Made by a program: the position numbers and the translations under genes. The notes below the pieces were generated by a model. The model made no database searches. It saw only the letters and a program-made list of their open reading frames with translations, and had not been told where the DNA came from. Positions 57,604 through 64,000 of a stretch of DNA of 64,000 bases are shown here, in pieces (the first letter of the stretch is position 1; each line of letters starts with the position of its first letter). The stretch is from contig CAINWP010000207.1 of assembly GCA_903854475.1 (NCBI GenBank), forward strand, positions 7,111-71,110. Direction: 5' to 3'. This stretch comes from an uncultured Verrucomicrobiota bacterium (GTDB taxonomy: Bacteria > Verrucomicrobiota > Verrucomicrobiia > Limisphaerales > UBA9464).

Positions 57604-60045
57604 TCACTGATGGCCCACTCGTGTCGGGGTGCCGCGGGTCTTGAAGGTGACGCTGACTTTCGGGGGCGTGTCGCCCTGAAATTCGCAGTCGAAGGTCACG
57701 GGATTGGTGCCGGGTTGAACCACCGGCAACGCGGTCTTCAGGGGGAAGGATTGGACCGGGTTTCCCTTGGCATCATAGAGGCGCGCGATGGCGTCGCTTT
57801 CGATGAGCAGCGATTGACCGGCCTGAATCTCCACCGGAATGGTCACTGTGGCCGAGCGGTTGATTTCGAAGGTGGGGTTGCGGATGGATCCGGCCTTCCC
57901 GGAAACCCGCAGCTTGAGCTGGAGGCTCTGTCGGGCGTCCGGATTTTGTAGGTCCCAGGCGGCCGAGGTCGGCTCACCGGGTTGGCGGACGAGTTGCTCG
58001 TGCTGAAAATCGGCCGAGTCGTGGAAGGGAAATAAGTCCCAGCCGCCCCCGGTGACGGTCTCCAAGTGGAACTCCCGCTTGGGATTGCGTAGTGCCTCGC
58101 GTTGCTCAGGCGTGAACACGCCCGCTCGTCGGGCTTTTTCCCATTCCCGCAAGGCATCGAGGATCGGCCCCCGTTCCGGGTTCTTGCGCAGGGCATCGAG
58201 GGAGGTAGCCAAAGCAAACCCCGAATCAAAGCCGGCGGAACGGGCCAGCATCCACTCCATGTCGGACAAGCAGGTGGCGGTTCGAAGCAAGTACCAACCG
58301 AGCATCTTCGGGATGAAGTTGCGCTCGCAGAAGACCTGATTGTTGATGCGGTACTCTTGCATGCTGTCGCGGAAACCGCCGTACCAGGGCTCACCCCAAT
58401 TGCAGTAGCTGTTGATATGCCAGTAGAAGTGCGACAGCGGCGGGCTGGTGCCGTTAATTACCGTGTGGTCGAGGTGTTCGTAGAATTCTTTGGCGAACAG
58501 CTCGTTGCCATAGGTGCCCTCACCGGGTGCCAAGCAGCCTTCGTGGCCGTCGAAATCCATGTGGCTCAAGCCCGAGGCGTTGAACACCCGGGCCAAGTTT
58601 CGGGCGATTTCCCGCTGAAGCTCGAGGTTCGGAAAGAACACTTTGTAAGAGTGGTCCATGAGTTTGCCAGCCGAGGCTCCCCGTGGGTGTTGGCTGGCTG
58701 TGGTGCCATAGGCTCCGCGCTGGCAGTCCAGCAGCTTCCAAGGCGCGTTGGTGGAGACCGATCCGTACCGGACCAATTCCTTGCCGATCACCACGGTTTG
58801 CAACTCGTTGCCCAGGCGGTTGGTGAAGTATTCAGGCGAGGCCACCGGGATCGTGGGGGTCGCGGCATCGACCGCTTCGGTCAACGTGCTCTCACCGGTT
58901 TTGGCCAAGCGCGCGTCGGGCTCTGGAGTGATGTAGGGGTCTTGCGTTTGGATGAAGTTCGACAGCGTGTGGGCTCCAAGTCGAACCCCCGACGCCTTGG
59001 CTTTGTCGGCGCAGGCCTTGAGTCCAGCAATGCCTCCGGGAAAGAACTTCGGATTGGGTTCGAAGTGGCCCCAGCTTTTGAAAGCGTTCTCATGGTAGAG
59101 GCTCATGAGGTTGGCCTGCTTCACGTAGCCCAGCATCTCATCGATGGTGGATTCGGAAAAATTGGCGATGAGGTACGAGCGCCCGCGTTCTGGAGACATC
59201 TTGGCCCAGACTCCCTCGATGAGCGGATGCGGCAGGCCCTCGGCCACCTCGATCTTACCGAGTGTTTCGAGCGCTTGCGGCTCTGGGCATCCGAAGAGTG
59301 CAATCTTAGATCCGATGACCGTTTCGCCAGGCACGGCGGGCACGGGCATATTGGGGGCCCGCTTGCTCCACACGGCAATGGATCGCGGCTTCGATCGATC
59401 CATGGAATAGGCCTGCAAGACGCTCCCGAAATCGGTTGGCCGGGCACCATACGGACGGTCGGCGCTGCCTTCGTCGTTGTCTGGGTACCCGCCGAGCGTC
59501 TTGATGTTGAGGGCCTGCAACCCGAGGGCGAAGGTATCATCCCGAACCACGCCGACGACTTCTCCCACCGTCCTTCGGATGCTCGTCGGATACGGGCCCC
59601 ACACGGCCAGATCGGCGCTGCCCGCCGGGGAGATCTCGATGAGTTCGAAGGTGATGTGGCTGGTTTTCGAAATCACCCGGAGGTTGGCCGAGAGACCCGA
59701 CTTGCCGAATCGAAGCGTCAACCGATGGGCGGTGGCATCCCACGTCGCGCCCTCCGGAGCGTGCAAGGTGCCGCTCGACCGCAAGCTCAAGAGCGGGGCG
59801 GGTTGGTTCTTGGCCAAATAATCCATCCCGTCGGACCGGCGCGAAAACGCCAGGAGTGACCCATTGGATCCGATACTCAAAGTCGCTGACTCGGTTTGCA
59901 GTTGCACCAGCGGCGAGGGCCCCTTGGCGTCGTCTGCACAGACGACCGGTGAGCCCATGAGCAGCAGTGCCAGCAGTTGAATCCACAGAGCGGCGGCAAA
60001 ATCTCTCCGATGCGAGTGGGCGGTCTTGGGAAGCATTCGCCACAT
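57604..60045 (-). CDS. Large secreted hypothetical protein, possibly TIM-barrel glycoside-hydrolase-like
   Basis: Signal peptide (ALWIQLLALLLMGSPVVCAD) after ATG 60045/60036. Balanced composition, unlike the 585-aa antisense ORF. MDFDGHEG and WGEPWYGGF blocks. No family confidently recognised. Confidence 0.65.
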   Translation of the reverse strand: MWRMLPKTAHSHRRDFAAALWIQLLALLLMGSPVVCADDAKGPSPLVQLQTESATLSIGSNGSLLAFSRRSDGMDYLAKNQPAPLLSLRSSGTLHAPEGATWDATAHRLTLRFGKSGLSANLRVISKTSHITFELIEISPAGSADLAVWGPYPTSIRRTVGEVVGVVRDDTFALGLQALNIKTLGGYPDNDEGSADRPYGARPTDFGSVLQAYSMDRSKPRSIAVWSKRAPNMPVPAVPGETVIGSKIALFGCPEPQALETLGKIEVAEGLPHPLIEGVWAKMSPERGRSYLIANFSESTIDEMLGYVKQANLMSLYHENAFKSWGHFEPNPKFFPGGIAGLKACADKAKASGVRLGAHTLSNFIQTQDPYITPEPDARLAKTGESTLTEAVDAATPTIPVASPEYFTNRLGNELQTVVIGKELVRYGSVSTNAPWKLLDCQRGAYGTTASQHPRGASAGKLMDHSYKVFFPNLELQREIARNLARVFNASGLSHMDFDGHEGCLAPGEGTYGNELFAKEFYEHLDHTVINGTSPPLSHFYWHINSYCNWGEPWYGGFRDSMQEYRINNQVFCERNFIPKMLGWYLLRTATCLSDMEWMLARSAGFDSGFALATSLDALRKNPERGPILDALREWEKARRAGVFTPEQREALRNPKREFHLETVTGGGWDLFPFHDSADFQHEQLVRQPGEPTSAAWDLQNPDARQSLQLKLRVSGKAGSIRNPTFEINRSATVTIPVEIQAGQSLLIESDAIARLYDAKGNPVQSFPLKTALPVVQPGTNPVTFDCEFQGDTPPKVSVTFKTRGTPTRVGHQ

Positions 60046-60407
60046 CAGAACCCAAGCCCTGAAAGAACGCAGGAGAAAATGACCGGAGGCAGTCTGGTGA
60101 GAAGGATGTGGAGCGACGCCTGCCGATCGCTCGTATCTGTCATACTTGGCCTTGGGATCGGCTCGACGCTCGGACTTAAGATAAGCGCCGAGTGAAGTCC
60201 AATCCTGCTCGCTTGGATCTTTGCGGGGGTAGCGGCAAATTCGCCCCAAATCGCGACCCGTGCCAAGCGAATTGCTGCCGGTTCAGCTGCGCCACAAAGC
60301 AAGGCCTCGATTCGAACGCGATACGCCAATCTTGCGGAATACAAAGAGGTGGGTACGTCTCAAGGTTAGAGAGTGCCGAACGCATAACCTACTGAGACGC
60401 AGGTGGG

Positions 60408-60444
60408 AAAAAGTCCCCTGACACCGGTTCCCTTGAATCAGGGG
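60408..60444 (-). terminator. Rho-independent terminator candidate after the GT2 gene
   Basis: The minus strand reads CCCCTGA-(16 nt)-TCAGGGG-AC-TTTTT, starting 18 nt after the GT2 stop. Confidence 0.5.
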
Positions 60445-60461
60445 CGCATCATCAAAGTGTT

Positions 60462-61220
60462 TCAGGATCGCTTGCCACAAGAGCCCCAGGAATACCGAAC
60501 CAAACACCACAACGCCTCCAAGCCGTGCCAGAGTCGGATTTTTTTCCCATCGGCCGCGCCGCGGGCCTGGTAGCGAACCGGCACTTCCACCACCCGCAGG
60601 TTCATCCGGGCCACCTTGGCCGTGAATTCAGGGCAGAATCCGAAACCATCTTCCCGTAGGTCCAGCTGGGCGACCAGTTCTCGGTGGAACGCCTTGTAAC
60701 AAGTGGCCTCGTCAGTCAGCCGCAGGCCGGTAATGAACCGGGCCGCCAGCGTCAACCAATGGTTGCCGACACGGTGCAACCAGACCGTCCGTGCGGTTTC
60801 GGCGTCGAGAAATCGAGAGCCGTAAACCACGTCCGCCTCGTCATGAAGTAGCGGAGCCACAACGCCTGCGAAATCCGCTGGATCGTATTCCAGATCCGCG
60901 TCTTGTATAATACAGAAAGGGGCGGTCAGCTGGATTAATCCAGACCGGACCGCCGCGCCTTTGCCCCGGTTCCTCTCATGCCGAATGAGCCTGACCCTCG
61001 CGTCGCCGGCCGCAATAGACTCCAACCGGGCCCATGTCCCGTCGGATGATCCGTCGTCCACAACAGCAACTTCCGCCACCTCGGCTTGAGCCAGAACACG
61101 CCGCATCAGCTCAGCCACCGTGCCTGCCTCGTTGAAGACGGGCACCACAACACCGAGGCAGCCGACAGATGATAATGGCTTGGCTGTCGGCTGAATTGGC
61201 GGTGTGCAGGTTATGGGCAT
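60462..61220 (-). CDS. Family 2 glycosyltransferase (polyprenyl-phosphate sugar synthase-like)
   Basis: VVVPVFNE, VVDDGSSDGT, NRGKGAA and IIQDADLEYDP motifs. Confidence 0.88.
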   Translation of the reverse strand: MPITCTPPIQPTAKPLSSVGCLGVVVPVFNEAGTVAELMRRVLAQAEVAEVAVVDDGSSDGTWARLESIAAGDARVRLIRHERNRGKGAAVRSGLIQLTAPFCIIQDADLEYDPADFAGVVAPLLHDEADVVYGSRFLDAETARTVWLHRVGNHWLTLAARFITGLRLTDEATCYKAFHRELVAQLDLREDGFGFCPEFTAKVARMNLRVVEVPVRYQARGAADGKKIRLWHGLEALWCLVRYSWGSCGKRS

Positions 61221-61238
61221 CGAAGTTTTTTGGATTGT

Positions 61239-62180
61239 TTAGCGCAGTTCCGTCGCCCGTTCTTGAAGCCATGAAATGTCACGATCCTGCGCCGTAGTGC
61301 GACGGAAACCCGTCACCCCGATGGGGCCCAGCGTGGTCTTCTCCAGCCAGCGATGCGTCTCCACATGGCCGTCCGCGAAGCTGAGGTTCACGCTGTTGAG
61401 ATGGTAGGCGGCTGGAGTGTCCAACCACCAGTAGGGCGAGGGATCGCCCTCGCCCGAAAGCGTACCCGTATTACTCATGTCACAGGCAAAATTCCCCTCG
61501 TTGATGCTGTCGTACCGCTCGTCGAGAATGACAAAAATCCGGGCCGGATTCTGTATTTGGGAGTGAGTCCGGTAGGTCATAAAGTTACTGCCAAGCCCCC
61601 CAATGGCCAACACCTCGCCCTTGAGTCGGACCGGATTGAGCCGATTGTTCATCGAAACACTCCGGACCACTCCACTCGGGTCAGAAGGGCATTTATACAG
61701 CTTGGGCTCCTTGATGTAGGGGGCAAACAGTGAGCGGCCCTCATCCACGAGCAAGCGAGCGTCCTTAGCCTCGTCCGGTCGCCTTAGATGGCCGGCAACC
61801 CAGTTGGTGAAGCGAACCCCGTCTCCGTCATCCACTGTCCACGGTAACTGGTCGGCGTGGTCGCCCGCGTAGAGTGACCACGCCAGCACCAGTTGCCTGT
61901 GGCTATTGGCGCACTTGGTCCGTAGCCCTAAACCCTTGACCCTGGACAGTGCCGGCAACAACAACGCGGCGAGAATTCCGATGATGCCGATCACTACCAA
62001 CAGCTCAATCAGCGTGAAAGCGCGAACACCTCGCCCCTTAAAGAGTCGCTCGGAGCGGTTTTTAGGAACCGCCGTTACGAGGTCGGTCAACCGCTCCGAA
62101 CACCAGAATCCCCTCCGGTCAGCGGTTTCAGTCAGTGTGGTTTGTACGTTTATCTGACAATGACGGGGAGCGAGTGGCAT
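61239..62180 (-). CDS. Prepilin-type N-terminal cleavage/methylation domain protein (PVC-type pseudopilin-like, DUF1559-style)
   Basis: AFTLIELLVVIGIIGILAALLLPAL class III signal. C-terminal ..SFADGHVE.. block typical of H-X9-DG proteins. True start is probably downstream of 62180. Confidence 0.82.
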   Translation of the reverse strand: MPLAPRHCQINVQTTLTETADRRGFWCSERLTDLVTAVPKNRSERLFKGRGVRAFTLIELLVVIGIIGILAALLLPALSRVKGLGLRTKCANSHRQLVLAWSLYAGDHADQLPWTVDDGDGVRFTNWVAGHLRRPDEAKDARLLVDEGRSLFAPYIKEPKLYKCPSDPSGVVRSVSMNNRLNPVRLKGEVLAIGGLGSNFMTYRTHSQIQNPARIFVILDERYDSINEGNFACDMSNTGTLSGEGDPSPYWWLDTPAAYHLNSVNLSFADGHVETHRWLEKTTLGPIGVTGFRRTTAQDRDISWLQERATELR

Positions 62181-62187
62181 AGGATAG

Positions 62188-62613
62188 TTATTTCAGAATT
62201 TTGTCCCAGCGCTGAACAGTCATTGGCAGTGAGGGCGCAAAAATCACTATGACGTTGCTTGTGTGATTATTATATGATTCACCACATTTGCAAAGTTTGA
62301 GCGGTCTCGATTTTTGTGGCATTCCAAGTTTCATATTTTTAAATACATACACATTAACCAATGGCGGATTAGCCGCTTTGGATCCCGTCTCGGACATACT
62401 ATAGACATAAGTGCCTCTGCCCGAACTTATAAGTAAGTGGCAAGGTGCCTTTTGCTTCAACGTTTCGCCTTCATTAGTAGTCCAATTGGTTGCTGTATAA
62501 CTATATATATTCGTGTCAGGATCCGGATTTAGGAGGCCGTGAACTGGGGTTCCCGAGGCTTCCGCGTGCCGCGTAAAACAGCACAACGCGCTCGCTAGCA
62601 TAATCAACTGCAA
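62188..62613 (-). CDS. Hypothetical small secreted protein (low-GC ORF)
   Basis: A 141-codon open frame in about 40% GC DNA, where random ORFs are short. Signal peptide MQLIMLASALCCFTRHAEA. 7-nt gap to the pseudopilin gene. Confidence 0.55.
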   Translation of the reverse strand: MQLIMLASALCCFTRHAEASGTPVHGLLNPDPDTNIYSYTATNWTTNEGETLKQKAPCHLLISSGRGTYVYSMSETGSKAANPPLVNVYVFKNMKLGMPQKSRPLKLCKCGESYNNHTSNVIVIFAPSLPMTVQRWDKILK

Positions 62614-62643
62614 TAGCTTTTTATAATATTTATTTAAGTTTAT

Positions 62644-63825
62644 TTAGACAGTTTGGTTTGATCTTGAAAACCGGAGGAGGACTCCGCAAATCGCAACCGC
62701 CACAAATATTACTGCGACTAAGATTACCTGAGCTCGGCCGATTCGCGATTCTTGTACTTCTTCGCTATACCAAGGCATAGCCTCAGCCCCCAGCCTCAGA
62801 TACGGTTCTACATCGTAAAACCAGTTGGTAGCGCGTCGCATGTGGGCTGTGGGAGCGTGGGATGAAATTGCTTGAGCGTAGTCGGTAAAATGAAAAACGG
62901 AATCGATAGAAGGCTCGAACACCTTCGGTCGCTCGGTCGCAGTAAATACGTTGGTGACCGCGATCTCAACTTGGAATAGCAGGTTGGAGTCTGACATACG
63001 CTCCATGAGGACGCGCGCTGGATAATCGAAACCATAGGGTCTCGACCATGCCTCTGTTTTAAGGATGGCCTCCGGCATAGCGGAAGATTCAGGATCAAAT
63101 ATTTGATACTTCTTGGTTCCCGGTGCCCATTGGTTAGCCATCCATGGGCGCACCGTATACTTGGGTCCGCTGAGCCGATCATCAGGGTGCGATATCCAGA
63201 GGGGGGATGTTGTGTGTTCGCTATCTCCCAACCGTCCGGTCAATGCAGTAATGATCAAGCCGCCAAAGGTGAGGTCAGTATTCGGAAGGAAATTTGCTGG
63301 TTCGCGCGTCGCCAAAGCCGCTGCCGCCGAATTAGGTTCAAACACAGCTGTAAGGAGATTGGTTCTATCAAGCGTATAAATTCGCCGATAATTGTCGTCA
63401 TCTGTCTGGGCTAAAAGTGTCCACCCCCCCTTTTTCTCGAGCAGAAAATCAAACCGCCCAGTTCGCTTCTTCTCGGAGATCGTGGGCATCTCGGGTGCTA
63501 GTATTTGTCGAAGAGTTCCTTGCGCCACGAAGAATTCTGGTTTTCCCTGCCCCGATGGCTTTGTCTCTGCCTGCGTTGTCAACGCGATGAAAAGGATCGC
63601 GGAGAGCTCTAGCCAGTTGCGCAAGCATGACCAGTAGCTATTCGTGTATTGGCCAGCGAGGAAACTCCCAGCAGAATGTGTCCTGTTGTAGGAAGATGTT
63701 GCCCTGTTATTTCGGCATGAATGCAGGAATGCCATGGAGTTCCCAGAGTGGATGGCAGGACTATTGTTTTGGCTTGCGGGTTGGAGCCTATTAAAATGAG
63801 TCAGATCTGTTATAAACGGTTTCAT
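62644..63825 (-). CDS. Hypothetical envelope protein with internal signal-like segment and C-terminal TM anchor (low-GC ORF)
   Basis: A 393-codon open frame in about 47% GC DNA. WLELSAILFIALTTQAETK is signal-like. C-terminal VILVAVIFVAVAICGVLLRFSR helix. True start may lie downstream of 63825. Confidence 0.6.
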   Translation of the reverse strand: MKPFITDLTHFNRLQPASQNNSPAIHSGNSMAFLHSCRNNRATSSYNRTHSAGSFLAGQYTNSYWSCLRNWLELSAILFIALTTQAETKPSGQGKPEFFVAQGTLRQILAPEMPTISEKKRTGRFDFLLEKKGGWTLLAQTDDDNYRRIYTLDRTNLLTAVFEPNSAAAALATREPANFLPNTDLTFGGLIITALTGRLGDSEHTTSPLWISHPDDRLSGPKYTVRPWMANQWAPGTKKYQIFDPESSAMPEAILKTEAWSRPYGFDYPARVLMERMSDSNLLFQVEIAVTNVFTATERPKVFEPSIDSVFHFTDYAQAISSHAPTAHMRRATNWFYDVEPYLRLGAEAMPWYSEEVQESRIGRAQVILVAVIFVAVAICGVLLRFSRSNQTV

Positions 63826-64000
63826 GTTTATTTTAGGTTTGAACCAGCAACAGGTAGAGCCATTTAAGTGGTCCCTCGCTATTTTCAGTGCGAAGGGGGG
63901 CTATTCGAAGATGACGCTGAGCGGTGACACCGGAGGAGACGATCCGACGGTCGCTGGGGCTTGGCACCGCTTGGTGTGCCGCGCAGCTTTTTAGAGGCGA

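Noticed and set aside
58102-59859. 585-aa plus-strand ORF
   Set aside because: It is antisense to the 881-aa minus-strand ORF. It has R/G/A/V-rich composition typical of antisense frames in high-GC DNA and no signal or motif.
63826-64000. Possible 3' end of another minus-strand gene running off the right edge (the frame ends TAA about 7 nt before the 393-aa ORF ATG)
   Set aside because: Only about 55 codons are visible (..GVTAQRHLRIAPLRTENSEGPLKWLYLLLVQT), with no recognisable features. Other frames are equally open, so this cannot be supported from the window alone.
1-64000. CRISPR arrays, rRNA genes, integrases and phage structural genes
   Set aside because: No regularly spaced direct repeats of 24-40 nt were noticed. 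The only tandem repeats are short in-frame coding repeats: LarC 12-mer x3.7, histidine kinase 12-mer x2 at about 35576-35599, and ggcgga x3 at about 49828-49845. No rRNA-like or integrase-like sequences were recognised.

Overview
High-GC (~60% by hand counts) chromosomal segment. Gene content points to a PVC-superphylum genome, most likely Verrucomicrobiota: DUF1549/DUF1553 + DUF1501 pair, DUF1552, a PVC-type CxxCH heme-binding dehydrogenase, a prepilin-type pseudopilin and many Sec/Tat-signal envelope proteins. This taxon call is inference from gene families, not a search result. Most of the window is densely packed housekeeping: Hsp70, hemQ-hemW, cstA, AhpE-like peroxiredoxin, PpiD-like chaperone, rluA-family, dnaX-ybaB-recR, aguA, larC, rluE, scpB, engB, bioB, a sugar ABC operon and a hybrid histidine kinase. 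Many starts are translationally coupled (ATGA/GTGA overlaps). No rRNA, intact tRNA or CRISPR array was found. Accessory or unusual content: (1) a low-GC (~40-47%) stretch at 62.2-63.8 kb with two unrecognisable envelope ORFs, apparently co-transcribed with a pseudopilin-like gene and a GT2 glycosyltransferase; this is the best candidate for something undescribed. (2) A toxin-antitoxin islet: reverse-order hicB-hicA, a tRNA 3'-end-like fragment, then Xre(DUF2384)-RES. (3) A lone Y1/HUH REP-associated-type transposase-like gene. (4) A decayed DDE transposase relic missed by the ORF track. (5) A CstA whose C-terminus resembles the normally separate YbdD/YjiX partner. (6) LarC with a His-rich tract encoded by a 12-bp tandem repeat. 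(7) An FmdB-like protein lacking its zinc-ribbon cysteines. Many long ORFs in the track are antisense artefacts typical of high-GC DNA and were rejected.
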